Below, one piece after another: positions 41,454 through 51,581 of a stretch of DNA of 64,000 nucleotides (position 1 is the stretch's first letter; every line of letters begins with the position of its first letter). This DNA is from an uncultured Candidatus Binatia bacterium (GTDB lineage: Bacteria; Desulfobacterota; Binatia; UBA9968; CAXXLF01). The notes under the pieces were generated by a model that was not told the DNA's origin, did not search any database, and saw only the letters and a list, made by a program, of their open reading frames with translations. The translations under genes and the position numbers were made by a program. The DNA lies in contig OZ244621.1 in the NCBI GenBank assembly GCA_965218425.1, positions 3,232,001-3,296,000 of the forward strand, read 5' to 3'.

Positions 41454-42281
41454 TTAACTATGGTTCTTCACCCAGGAAAGAATGACGTTGTTGGTTTCTT
41501 CTGCGGCCTGCCAGAAGAATCCGTGGGACTGTCCATTCAGAACCTTCATCTCCGCATTACGAATCCTCTCTTTCAACACTTGCGATTGTGCGATGTGATT
41601 GCTCCCCACCGTGTCAGCCGCGCCGATCAGTACCAGTGTGGGTGCTTTTACGTCACCCAGACGGTGCGTGCCTTCAAAATTGTGGCGTGCGATGCACAGG
41701 TGAAGGTATTCCGGAAGCTTTGCATGAGTCGCCCAGGCAAGTTTGTAAAATTGCTCAACCTCGGCGCGATGGCTTGTACGGTAATCTTTTGTAAAAAAGG
41801 TATCCGATTCGACGATCTCGTTGTAAATACGCTTCTCGAAACCCTTCTCAACCAATTCCACCACCAGTCGGTGCGGTAAACCCGGAATGCAGTCCGGACC
41901 TGATCTGGCCGCTGGCCCGGAGCCGCTGGCTGCCATGATCAAGCTCTTTACCCGCCCCGGAAAATTCTGCGCTAGCGACAACGCAATCCGACCGCCCATG
42001 GAGTGGCCGATCAAATGGGCCGAGGAATACTCGAGATGATCCATCAGCGTCACGATATCCAAGGCCATCTGTTCGATTGTGTAAACGCTTTGCTCCGCCA
42101 CTGAGCGGCCGCAGCCGCGCGGATCGTGAAAAATGACGTTAATCGATTCTGCCAGCGGCATCTGAGACGGTTTCCAGACCTCACCGGAATAGGCCGTCGA
42201 TGGAACGAAGATCAGCGGCTCGCCCTGTCCGTGGGTTTCGTAATAGAGATCCAATCCAGTTGGTAAACTGACATTGGGCAT
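41454..42281 (-). CDS. Alpha/beta hydrolase
   Basis: DPRGCGRS, GHSMGG, HGFF. Confidence 0.88.
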   Translation of the reverse strand: MPNVSLPTGLDLYYETHGQGEPLIFVPSTAYSGEVWKPSQMPLAESINVIFHDPRGCGRSVAEQSVYTIEQMALDIVTLMDHLEYSSAHLIGHSMGGRIALSLAQNFPGRVKSLIMAASGSGPAARSGPDCIPGLPHRLVVELVEKGFEKRIYNEIVESDTFFTKDYRTSHRAEVEQFYKLAWATHAKLPEYLHLCIARHNFEGTHRLGDVKAPTLVLIGAADTVGSNHIAQSQVLKERIRNAEMKVLNGQSHGFFWQAAEETNNVILSWVKNHS

Positions 42282-42376
42282 GAGGTAGTCCTCCTATTAC
42301 GAATATTAGTGCGGCAACCAACGCACGGCTGCAATGTATTGTATTGCAAGATTTGACCCCGTCCGTTCGACTTCGA

Positions 42377-43249
42377 TTACCCCGTTTTAATAAAGTTTGT
42401 TAAGACCGTGTTGAAATCCTCAGGATGCTCTCGAAAACTGTGGTGGCCGGCCCGGCTAAATATATGCATTTGCGCACGGGTTGAGTGCGCGCTAATCAAT
42501 CTGAAGAGGTTGAGCCCAGAATCGAGAGGAGCAGACGGGTCGTTAAGTCCCCAGATGACAAGGGTAGGGACCCGAAGCCGTCCTTCCCGTATCCAACCCA
42601 AAGTCTCCGCCTTGGCCAGCTCGAAATCAGCGAGGAAAGACGCTCTCAGTTGTCTTATTTTTTCTTTTATCTCGGAGAACTTCGGCAATCGCGCCATCTC
42701 CTCCATATTATCGAGCCACTCCTTGGTTATATGCGAGGGCGAAAATGCATGGGCGGCATATATAAATCGGATATGTTCCCTTGTACCCACAGGGGCGGAG
42801 TTTTTTTCAGCAAGGTCTCTGTTAAAGGAACTTTTCAGCGCGTCGTTTGGCGCCATTGATCCGCTGTCAACAATTACGAGGTTCCTGGCCATCTCAGGAT
42901 GTTCCAAGGCGAGGCGCGTGACAAGGTAGCCCCCTCGGGATTGACCGACTAGGTTCGCCTGATCTAGCCCTAGGGTTTGCATGAAGTCATAAGCATGATT
43001 TACTACGGCGCCGATAGTGTAATCGCTATTAGTTTTAGGATTGTCGGTGTAGCCCATTCCTAGTTTATCCACGGCGAAGACGTGGAAAAATTTCGCCAAA
43101 CCCTCGATGTTGAGGCCCCAGGCCTCGGCGTTCATCATGTTCGCGCTTCCAAATTCTGCTCCGTGAAATAAGACCACGGGTTCACCTGATCCTGCTTCGA
43201 TAAAGCGAGTATTGACGCCCTTTACATTCGCAAATCTGATATTTCTCAT
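42377..43249 (-). CDS. Alpha/beta hydrolase, meta-cleavage product hydrolase-like
   Basis: FHG, DKLGMG, GQSRGG, WGLND, AGHHSFREHP. Confidence 0.85.
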   Translation of the reverse strand: MRNIRFANVKGVNTRFIEAGSGEPVVLFHGAEFGSANMMNAEAWGLNIEGLAKFFHVFAVDKLGMGYTDNPKTNSDYTIGAVVNHAYDFMQTLGLDQANLVGQSRGGYLVTRLALEHPEMARNLVIVDSGSMAPNDALKSSFNRDLAEKNSAPVGTREHIRFIYAAHAFSPSHITKEWLDNMEEMARLPKFSEIKEKIRQLRASFLADFELAKAETLGWIREGRLRVPTLVIWGLNDPSAPLDSGLNLFRLISAHSTRAQMHIFSRAGHHSFREHPEDFNTVLTNFIKTG

Positions 43250-43313
43250 GGTCTCGTACTCCTTGAGAGTTTCAACGCTAACATTGAATCACGCCTGGGC
43301 ACCGTTAACGAAA

Positions 43314-44489
43314 TCAGATCACACCCTTTTTTTTGAAGTCCGCGATTGTCCTCTCTTCATAGCCGAGGGTCTTGAGAATCTCGTCGTTGTGTTCGCCTAA
43401 CTCCGGTGGTGGGGTAGGGTGCGGTATCTTTGTCTCGCTGTAATCCACGGGGAACTTGACGGTGCGAATGTCCGGCTTATCCCGCCTTTCGATTTTGATC
43501 TCCATGCCCATGTGTTTGATCTGAGGGTCCTGGAACACTTCGGTGATGTTGTAGACGGGGGTGCAGGGCACCTCGTTGGCATCGAGTTTTTCCAGCCAGT
43601 AGGAACGTGGCTTTTCCTTGAAATACTGGCGGAAGGTTTTATTCAGTTCCCAGTAGTTCTTCCTGCGGTTGGGCCGCGTGTGGAAGCGCGGGTCGTCGAT
43701 CAGCTCGGGATGCCCCACCGCTTTACACAATCCCTCGAAGAATTTTTGCGGTGAGGACAAGTGGATAGCAAAGGGCAGGCCGTCTGCCGCGGAAAAAGCA
43801 TGGGTCTGGGATGCAACGGGACGGCTGTAGGGACCCGGAGCTGTGCCGGTGGCAAGGGTAGAGGTGGCGGGGCCAATGAGAAACCCAAGGATGGACCCGG
43901 CCATTGTGGCGTCCACCCGCTGGCCCTGGCCGGTTTGTGCTCTCGCCACCAAGGCTCCCAACACTCCCACGCAGGAAAATAAGCCGCTCAGACTGTCGGC
44001 GTAGTTGGGACCAATGGGCCGCGGGTTGTCAGCCTCCATCAAAAGACTCAGCATGCCGCCGAGTCCCTGTCCCACGGTGTCATAGGCGGGTCGATTCTTA
44101 TAGGGACCCGTGGGTCCCGTTCCCGTGATGGAGCAATGGATGATCCTTGGATTCAGCACGCGGAGGGATTCGTAGTCGATTCCCAGCTTCTTCATCACAC
44201 CGGGTCTGAAGTTTTCCAGGACCACGTCGGCGGTTTCAGCCAGCCCTAGAAATATTTTCTTGCCCTGTGGAGTTTGCAGGTTCAAGGTGATGCTTTTCTT
44301 GCCGCGGTTGAAGGCCCAGAAATTGGGTTGGTCCCCCCCCAAGTCCCAGCCGCGGAACGGGTCGCCGCCTTTAGGATTTTCCACCTTGATCACTTGGGCT
44401 CCCATGTCCGCAAGCAAACAGGCCCCATAGGGGCCGGAAATAAAATTACCAAGCTCCAGAACCTTGACTCCCTCTAAAGCGCCTTTCAT
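43314..44489 (-). CDS. Family III CoA-transferase (CaiB/BaiF)
   Basis: LADMGAQVIKVE, NRGKKS, ENFRPG, AYD, PPELGEH. Confidence 0.93.
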   Translation of the reverse strand: MKGALEGVKVLELGNFISGPYGACLLADMGAQVIKVENPKGGDPFRGWDLGGDQPNFWAFNRGKKSITLNLQTPQGKKIFLGLAETADVVLENFRPGVMKKLGIDYESLRVLNPRIIHCSITGTGPTGPYKNRPAYDTVGQGLGGMLSLLMEADNPRPIGPNYADSLSGLFSCVGVLGALVARAQTGQGQRVDATMAGSILGFLIGPATSTLATGTAPGPYSRPVASQTHAFSAADGLPFAIHLSSPQKFFEGLCKAVGHPELIDDPRFHTRPNRRKNYWELNKTFRQYFKEKPRSYWLEKLDANEVPCTPVYNITEVFQDPQIKHMGMEIKIERRDKPDIRTVKFPVDYSETKIPHPTPPPELGEHNDEILKTLGYEERTIADFKKKGVI

Positions 44490-44531
44490 GGGTCACTCCT
44501 TCCCAGAGGATTCATGGTGTTCAATTCAGCT

Positions 44532-45080
44532 CTAGCGAAATTTGGCAGGATACTTGGCTTCGCTTGGAAACCATCCGCCGAGCCGGTGATAAGCCTTCAA
44601 GTAACTGATCTGTCCTTGATTGGTCATGGCGTTTTCCAACACGCTGATGAGGCGGATGGCTACGGTGGGGTGCGGTTGATATTGAGGCTCCTCCAGTTGC
44701 CGTGTTAACTCCTCTTCGGTTGCCGTGGTGAGATACGCATTCATTCGCCCGTAAGTGGCATCGTGATACGCCAGTATCGATTCCGCTGAGGCGCGAAAGG
44801 CTCGCACCTGCTCGCGGGTGTGAGTCACCGATCGCCCGAAATCCGCGGGATCGGGTGGCATGCCGAATCGAGCGGCCCAACCATCTCCGATCCAAAGCTG
44901 CTCCTGGCCCGAAAGCCGCGATACGTTGTTGTCCATGACCCGGGTGAGGCGCCAGGCAAGCCATCCCATGGGCGGATGGGGCTCCCGGGTAAGCTCCTCC
45001 TCGGTGAGTTCAGGCAGAGTCTGGTGCAAGGACTCTTTTACTCGCGTGAAACCGTCCAGTAAAACGTCAGCCGCTAACAT
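44532..45080 (-). CDS. DinB-like protein
   Basis: MGWLAWRLTRVMD, GWAARF, GQISYL; usual His ligands appear substituted. Confidence 0.75.
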   Translation of the reverse strand: MLAADVLLDGFTRVKESLHQTLPELTEEELTREPHPPMGWLAWRLTRVMDNNVSRLSGQEQLWIGDGWAARFGMPPDPADFGRSVTHTREQVRAFRASAESILAYHDATYGRMNAYLTTATEEELTRQLEEPQYQPHPTVAIRLISVLENAMTNQGQISYLKAYHRLGGWFPSEAKYPAKFR

Positions 45081-45352
45081 TGTAGACCACCTTTCTTCGG
45101 GACTGTGTTGTCGATTCCCGCGCGATCCAGTTCTTTACCGACTCCAGAGCGAACCAATGGCTGTCGGTTTGGGCCGGATTTTAGCGCGACTCCTAGACCT
45201 TAACAAGGGTTGATTGAGGCCCGGCGGCGCAGATCACAATGCCAGCTTCGTGTGACGAGGTTAGCGATGCGTAATAATTTGGAAACGAAGGGGTGGAGGG
45301 CGTCCAGCGGTAGCGAGGCCGATTCAGGCGGTCGGTCTGTTTGCGTTGTAGG

Positions 45353-46069
45353 TCACCGACGAGTCCACTTCCCTGCAAAGACGTCCAGCAAGAAAGTGAT
45401 GAACATTGCCCATGCCGCCTCGGCCGATTCGTGGTGATAGGTGTGTGACTTGAGGTTGAGCCAGGCATGATCCGTGTCACGAAAAATTCGTATCTGATAG
45501 CCTTGCCGTGTTGCTCCATCTCGTTCCTGAAGCGACGGACATTTTCCAGGGGGCACCCGCGGGTCCCGCTCCCCAAAGGCCCCAAGCACAGGACAGGACA
45601 ACTTAGGAATAAAATTGCCGATGGGCTCCTGCCCCGCAAAGGAGCCGTCAAAGTCACGCGTATAGACCCCGCCATGAAACATCGCCACGGCTTTTGCGTC
45701 GCGTGCCGCGGCGTAGGGTGCAATGCGCCCGCTCATGCAGAACCCCGCCCCGCTCGCCGTCCACGTAGGGAAGGGTTCTCAGGTATGTAATGGTTTGTCC
45801 AGTTCAGCCAGGTACTCCGCGTCGCCATAATCGATGCGTGATTCCTGGGCTTCGATGAGCCTACGATCCCCTGTGAATCGATGGTAAAGGTCCGGGACGC
45901 ATCCCACGAAGCCGTCGCGCGCGAGCCTTTCCACTCTGTCCCAGTTGCCATCCACATCGATAGGCCCCCGTCGTCCATGCATAATAATGACGGCCGGCCG
46001 TTTCATAGCCGAGTCGGGACGCGCGCACCAGATCTTCATGCCGCTAGCGAGGGTTAGTTCATTAAGCAT
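45353..46069 (-). pseudogene. Dienelactone hydrolase with two frameshifts
   Basis: PAVIIMH..LARDGF...PDLYHR / TITYLRTLPYVDGER / GFCMSGR...PVLGAFGERD...DHAW in successive frames, breaks near 45740-45800. Confidence 0.82.
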
Positions 46070-46114
46070 CCGGACCTCCTTGCGACGTTGTTGGTCATAA
46101 TGGCCCCAGATGCT

Positions 46115-46942
46115 TTACTCTACGTCTTGTCCCCGATCATTATCGGGGTGGTTGATAGTGCCATTTTTCCAGTAACCGTGGGTGAGGGCATGGGCTCGAT
46201 CCACCCCCTGATCGCTCAATAAGTGGCGACGGATAATGCGCATTACGCCGGCTTCACAGCCTAACCAAACCCTGCCGTTGCCCTCTGGGAACGGGAAGTT
46301 GTATACGGACTCTGCCAATTTGCGTCCCACCTGTCCGGCCGCCCGGCCGTGGTGCAACCAGGTAATTTGAAACCGGGCCGGTGACTCCATGTCTAGCTCC
46401 TCGTCCTCGTCTCCCACCTCGACGAAGACATGGGCAATGCAGGATGTCGGCAGTGCCTCGAGCAGCGTTCCCACGGCGGGCAGTGCCGAATCGTCGGCCG
46501 CTATCAAGTACCAGTCAGCTTCGGTATCAATTTTGTAAGCGCCCCCCGCTTGCCCCGACACAGCTACCACCTGGCCCGGTTTGGCCTGTTGCGCCCAGGT
46601 GGAGCCAGGCCCTTCACCATGGAGCAGGAAGTCGACGGTCAGTTCCCTCGCCTTTGGATCCCATCGTCGCGGGGTGTAGGTGCGATTCAAAGGTCGTTGT
46701 TGACCTTCCTGGAGGATCGGACCATCGGGCCCCCATTCAGGAAGCAATACATTTGATTCACCTGCGGGCGGCAGGAATACCTTCAGATGTTGCGCGGGAC
46801 CGTTGGTCGTCATTCCATCCAGTTCCTCCCCGGCAACAACGACGCGGATCATATGTGGAGTGAGGCGCTCAACCCGGACGACTTGAACCTGACGCGGCTT
46901 TGGGCGCACACGGCGAGGTTTCTGAGGGTGGGATGAATTCAT
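46115..46942 (-). CDS. Siderophore-interacting protein (ViuB/YqjH family)
   Basis: LTPHMIRV, RTYTPR, DFLLHGEGPGSTWA, DDSALPA, GYW. Confidence 0.92.
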   Translation of the reverse strand: MNSSHPQKPRRVRPKPRQVQVVRVERLTPHMIRVVVAGEELDGMTTNGPAQHLKVFLPPAGESNVLLPEWGPDGPILQEGQQRPLNRTYTPRRWDPKARELTVDFLLHGEGPGSTWAQQAKPGQVVAVSGQAGGAYKIDTEADWYLIAADDSALPAVGTLLEALPTSCIAHVFVEVGDEDEELDMESPARFQITWLHHGRAAGQVGRKLAESVYNFPFPEGNGRVWLGCEAGVMRIIRRHLLSDQGVDRAHALTHGYWKNGTINHPDNDRGQDVE

Positions 46943-47026
46943 TTAGGCTCCTTAAATCGTTGGATCACGGCAATGGAAATGATTATCGAACCGGAACTAA
47001 TTGTATTCTGTGGGTACCACCGCCGG

Positions 47027-48169
47027 TTATTCGTATCGCATGTTGGACGTCACGCCGCGCTTTCGGCATTCTTCCTCGAACAGCGCCCGGACTTCCGGCT
47101 GCTCGTTCTTGAACTCGATCTGAATGCTGGGCGATTCCTGCCGGCTCTTGCCCTGCGGTCTTTGCCCTTCCCGAAGGCCGAATAGAGGGTTGCCATAGCG
47201 GAGCACCAGGTAGCGTGCGGCTTCACCGCTGGGATTGAAGTGCTGATGGCCTGCGTGGCCGTTTGTCATTAGTGAATGCTTCTTGAAGTTGAACTGTTTG
47301 AACTCGACTCCTGGTCCCGGCATGACTCCCGAAGCCCACTGCAGGTCGTAGCCGTCGCCGCTGAGGAAGAGGTAGCTGTTCTCGTTGATGAGCCCGGTCC
47401 TGCTGGGCCCGCCGGTGGCCGCCCCACCGGCACCAAAGCCGTGCGCCTTCTTGTACGACGCCGGGGGGAATTCGGATACGTGGCAGACGAACCTCCCGCC
47501 GGCCATCAGGACATGCGTGTTGGTGCCCGGACCGCGGTAGCTATAACCGTCGAGCGATAGCCGCGTAACGCTGGGGACGAAGTTCGACCGCAGGAGCCGG
47601 TCCTCCAGCTTTGTGGCCTCGCGGCTGAAATACTCCTCGTCGTTGGGATCGAATCGATCGTTGAAGGTGTTGGCGCAGTTGAAGACGAACTCGGGGCTGC
47701 CGTAAAGGTTGAATGGGGTTGGCATGTTGGTGGCGGCGTAAAGCCTCACGCTCTCCGAACCGCTCCCATTGTGGATTTCGTGCCACGTGTTCAGGGGTAT
47801 GGCAAAGACGGCATCTTCCTCCCATTCGAAGGTTAGTTTAGGGGAGCCCTCGTTCCACACCTCGGTGGCGCCCCGTCCCTTCAAAACATAAAAGATCTCT
47901 TCGTACATGTGCTTTTCCGGCTTGAAAGTGCCCCCCGGAGGTATTTCCACGAGATAGCGGGTAGTGCCCTGGTTGTTGATCATGACCTTGTCCGAAGGGT
48001 CCTGGGTCATATCCAGCAGTGCCCCGAGGCAGCCCGTTTGCTTCCATGGTTCCAGCTCAACGGCCAGGACGTCGGGAACCGTGTGAGTCGTGATGACTTT
48101 CAATCCTTCGGCCTGAACCCACTGCTCGAAAGGGGTCAGTCTTACATGAGAAAAACGCGAATAGTCCAT
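47027..48169 (-). CDS. Bicupin protein, divergent paralog
   Basis: EIPPGG...EKHMYEE, FEWEEDAVFAIPLNTWH, YKKAH, HQHFN. Confidence 0.83.
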   Translation of the reverse strand: MDYSRFSHVRLTPFEQWVQAEGLKVITTHTVPDVLAVELEPWKQTGCLGALLDMTQDPSDKVMINNQGTTRYLVEIPPGGTFKPEKHMYEEIFYVLKGRGATEVWNEGSPKLTFEWEEDAVFAIPLNTWHEIHNGSGSESVRLYAATNMPTPFNLYGSPEFVFNCANTFNDRFDPNDEEYFSREATKLEDRLLRSNFVPSVTRLSLDGYSYRGPGTNTHVLMAGGRFVCHVSEFPPASYKKAHGFGAGGAATGGPSRTGLINENSYLFLSGDGYDLQWASGVMPGPGVEFKQFNFKKHSLMTNGHAGHQHFNPSGEAARYLVLRYGNPLFGLREGQRPQGKSRQESPSIQIEFKNEQPEVRALFEEECRKRGVTSNMRYE

Positions 48170-48419
48170 GCTTCTTCCACTCCAGTGATAGAAATTTCCC
48201 TTAGATGTCCACCGTTCACACGTGATAACTCAACTGATGGACAATATCCGATAAGGCCTTGTCCTGTCAAACTTGGGGCGGCGATTCTCCTTTTATACGG
48301 TTATACGGCCACAAACGAACTTGACCCGTTCCAAATCGTGTGCTTTGAAATGAAAACGAACAGGATAGTCATTTGATGATTCGCTGACACGAGATTCGTT
48401 CCATGAAATGAGGTGTGAG

Positions 48420-49502
48420 ATGAACGAAGATCAGTATGTCTACTTCATCGACAACAAAGTCCAGCACCAGGTGCTGGACGCTGAGGCCTGCATAGAGGCA
48501 ATCGAGAACGGGTACCGCGCCTGGGGCAGGGGGCGCGCGGCCATAAACCCCAAGACGGAGCTTCACGTCTACAGGGAGGGTGGCTACTACAATTTCGGTC
48601 TGATCCACGGCGCGGTGGAATCCATGGGCGTAGCTGCCCTGCGCATCAAGTCGGACAATTTCACTCAAACCGGGCCCACCTCCTATGGCGACAAGCATGC
48701 CGGCATTGAGGGGCGCTTCTGCGGGCTGGTGTTGCTGTTCAACACCACCAACGGTCTACCATTGGCCATCCTCAACGACGGTCATATCCAGCACATGCGG
48801 GTTGCCGCGGCCGCCGCCGTGGCGGCCAAGTACCTGGCGCGGGAGGACTCGGAAACCCTCTGTATCCTTGGCTCGGGCGGTATGGCTCACGCCCATGCGG
48901 AATCCCTTTGCGCGGTACGGCCCGTCAAGACCATCCAGGTGTACAGCCCAAACCAAAAGCACCGCGAAACCTTCGCACGTGAGATCGGAGAACGGCTCAA
49001 AGTTGAGGCTCGGGCTCACGTTCGTCCGGAGGATACTATCAAAGGCAGCGATATCGTCGCATGCTGCACGAATTCGAACCGCAAGGAGGTCATTTTAAGT
49101 GAATGGTTGGAGCCTGGCATGCACGTCACGACGGTGCTGGGTGCGGAGCTGGGGCGAGCTGCGGCGCAGCGAATCGACCACGCGGTGAAAAATCAACCGG
49201 TGCGCGACTTGCAGAACCACTTTTCCGTGGCGGGAAGGCCACCGCAAGGTGTGGTGCCGAGGCCCCAGGGCTGGAAGCCGCCTGCGGTGGCCCCCGGGAT
49301 GCCACTCCTGTCCGACGTTATCCTTGGCAATGCTCCCGGCCGTACTTCCAGCCGCCAGATCACCTATTTCAGCAACAACGAGGGGACCGGCATTCAGTTC
49401 GCCTCTGCGGGCGCAAAGGTGCTGGAACGGCTCGCGCAACAGGGCTTTGCCGGTGTGGCCAAGGTTCCCCTCGCCTGGTTTGTTCAGGATATAAGGGACT
49501 AA
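48420..49502 (+). CDS. Ornithine cyclodeaminase/mu-crystallin family, paralog of 37955..39073
   Basis: LRIKSD, NDGHIQHMRV, LGSGGMA, GIQFAS, WFVQDIRD. Confidence 0.87.
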   Translation: MNEDQYVYFIDNKVQHQVLDAEACIEAIENGYRAWGRGRAAINPKTELHVYREGGYYNFGLIHGAVESMGVAALRIKSDNFTQTGPTSYGDKHAGIEGRFCGLVLLFNTTNGLPLAILNDGHIQHMRVAAAAAVAAKYLAREDSETLCILGSGGMAHAHAESLCAVRPVKTIQVYSPNQKHRETFAREIGERLKVEARAHVRPEDTIKGSDIVACCTNSNRKEVILSEWLEPGMHVTTVLGAELGRAAAQRIDHAVKNQPVRDLQNHFSVAGRPPQGVVPRPQGWKPPAVAPGMPLLSDVILGNAPGRTSSRQITYFSNNEGTGIQFASAGAKVLERLAQQGFAGVAKVPLAWFVQDIRD

Positions 49503-49509
49503 CAGCTGA

Positions 49510-49527
49510 AGCGCGGTCTAGCCGCGC
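49510..49527 (+). terminator. GC hairpin after the OCD-like gene
   Basis: GCGCGG-TCTAG-CCGCGC just after the stop; no clear U-tract. Confidence 0.4.
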
Positions 49528-49729
49528 GAAACCGCCTGTAATTATAACGTCCAAATAGAACGGACGGGTTGGCAACAATGATCCGCTGGAGTCATTTTCG
49601 GCGCAGCAAGGTTGCGTTTTGTCGGAGGAAATAAGATGCTTGACTCCCTTAGCCCATGTGCTAAAGAGTCTTTCTTTCAGATCTAGAGACCAGCGATGGT
49701 CAATATCCAGTACGAGGAGGGTACGTGCA

Positions 49730-50941
49730 ATGTTTGGAGTACTTCGTTCCTTCGAGTGGGTGCAACTCAGGGATAAATTTTCACCAGTGAGTCTGCTGGC
49801 GATTCTGTTGACGGCGCTGTTGATTCCTACAATGGTGGCCCCGGCCGGCGCCGACAAGTGGGATGAGACACTCGCGAAGGCCAAAAAGGAAGGAAAACTG
49901 GTCGCGGCCCTGGGCGGCTCGGCGTCCCGTAACTACCGGCCAATCTTCAAGATATTTGAAAAGAAGTTCGGCATCGAGGCCGTGGTTTCCACTGGCGGCG
50001 GGGGCTTGCAGGCGGACCGGCTCCTGGCGGAGCGTCGAGCCGGCAGGTACGCGGTGGACATTTTCATGGTGGGCCCCACCATCGGAAATAGCCGGATCAT
50101 CGCCAACAACGCAGCCGATCCCATCAAAGATCTCTTGTTTCTCCCTGACGTCGTGGACCAGTCCCTGTGGTACAGGGGTAGGCACCAATACAGCGACCCA
50201 CAGCAGAAATACATCTTCGCCGTCTCGGGTAACGCCGAATTTGCCCCCATCGGCATGCGCTTCAATACCAACAAACTATCCATCAAGGACGCCAAAAAGA
50301 TCAAATCTTCGTGGGAGTTCCTGGACAAGCGTTTCGCCGGTAAGGTGGTCGCCCTTCCGCCCACTTCTGCGGGTGCCCTCGGTACCTACGTCACCGTCCA
50401 GTTCCATCCGGATTTTGGGGAAAAGTTTCTGCGGCGCTTCTTTGACCCAGAGGTGAACGTCCAGTTCACCCACGATTTTCGACAGCTTGCCGACGGGGTT
50501 GCCAAGGGAAAATATACTATGGCGATCTTCGCAGGCTCGGCCGGACGCGATATCGACAGGCTCGGAAGGCGGGGATTGCCCGTGGCCAACTACGGCCGGC
50601 TGCTTAAAAAGCCGATTAAAGAACGCCCCCTCCTCCAGGGGAGCGGGTCCAGCAATAATCTTATGGTGATCAACCGGCGGCCCAACCCGCACGCCACAAC
50701 GCTATTTGTCAACTGGTTTCTCTCCAAGGAGGGCCAAACCGTTATGCAAACAAAGAGCGCGCGCACTCCTGACCAGTCGTTCCGGGAGGACAATACGGAA
50801 ATGGGCAAGGTAAACCCGGCCGAAGTTCGCAGGCCGGACGTTGATTACATGACCTTCTCCCATAATCCTGAGGTGTTGCAAAAGCAGAGTTGGGCGTTGA
50901 AGAACGCGGCGAAGCTTTACCGGCAAATCCGGGGGAAATAG
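49730..50941 (+). CDS. Extracellular solute-binding protein (ABC-type)
   Basis: Signal peptide, WDETLAKAKKEG, PNPHATTLFVNWFLSKEGQ; GAGGAGG RBS. Confidence 0.85.
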   Translation: MFGVLRSFEWVQLRDKFSPVSLLAILLTALLIPTMVAPAGADKWDETLAKAKKEGKLVAALGGSASRNYRPIFKIFEKKFGIEAVVSTGGGGLQADRLLAERRAGRYAVDIFMVGPTIGNSRIIANNAADPIKDLLFLPDVVDQSLWYRGRHQYSDPQQKYIFAVSGNAEFAPIGMRFNTNKLSIKDAKKIKSSWEFLDKRFAGKVVALPPTSAGALGTYVTVQFHPDFGEKFLRRFFDPEVNVQFTHDFRQLADGVAKGKYTMAIFAGSAGRDIDRLGRRGLPVANYGRLLKKPIKERPLLQGSGSSNNLMVINRRPNPHATTLFVNWFLSKEGQTVMQTKSARTPDQSFREDNTEMGKVNPAEVRRPDVDYMTFSHNPEVLQKQSWALKNAAKLYRQIRGK

Positions 50942-51103
50942 AGTCCTTCGCGGGAAGGTTAGCGAATCCGAGGCACAAAAACACGCCGCCCGACTGAGAG
51001 TAGAACTATTCCATCATCAGGCCGCGTGTTAGATCCCTGTTGCCCATGGAAACTTATTCCATAGCCTGTCAACCGCCCGACCCTAAAAGGAGATTTGTCA
51101 CCC

Positions 51104-51567
51104 CTGGATACGCAGGCAATCTTTGGACTACAGTTTTTGCTGAGTCTCATTGTTTAGGGCGTAATCGCGAAGTGCCTGTTGTCTCCCGGTTAGGGGCAAA
51201 ACCCACACACGAAGCTCTTTTTTGATTAGTCCTGCCCCATGCCTTTCGCCACATCGGCATGGTCTTCCTTGTCCCTAACGTCCTGGCGCGTCCGCGCTAC
51301 CGGATGTCTTTGCCGTACCGGCTGTCTATGGAGACCTGGCCAGCGGTATTGCTAGCACTGCTCGCCCTTAGAACCGGGACGGCTGGTGCATTGGTGCTGG
51401 TGTGGATCTTCAATCTAGTGGGTACAGCGGACCTCCTCAATGCGCTACGTCGTGTGGATGTGGCTCAGAGTTTTGGGGCGGCCTGGTATATTCCGACGTT
51501 CCTTGTGCCGTTACTGCTTGTGGCTCACTTCATGATATTTGTCCGGCTGCTAAAACGCGGCGGATAA
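51104..51567 (+). pseudogene. Decayed multi-TM membrane protein gene
   Basis: (L)DTQAIFGLQFLLSLIV*GVIAK.../HEALF*LVLPHAFRHIGMVFLVP.../YGDLASG/...LVWIFNLVGTADL; TAG 51155-57, TGA 51223-25, frameshifts. Confidence 0.7.
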
Positions 51568-51581
51568 AACTGATTAACGAC

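Noticed and set aside
16870..51225. Alternative genetic code (TAA/TAG=Gln or TGA=Trp) to explain in-frame stops
   Set aside because: All three codons terminate intact conserved genes here (ruvA TAA, REC-LpxC TAG, ruvB TGA), long genes have no internal stops, and some affected genes also carry frameshifts
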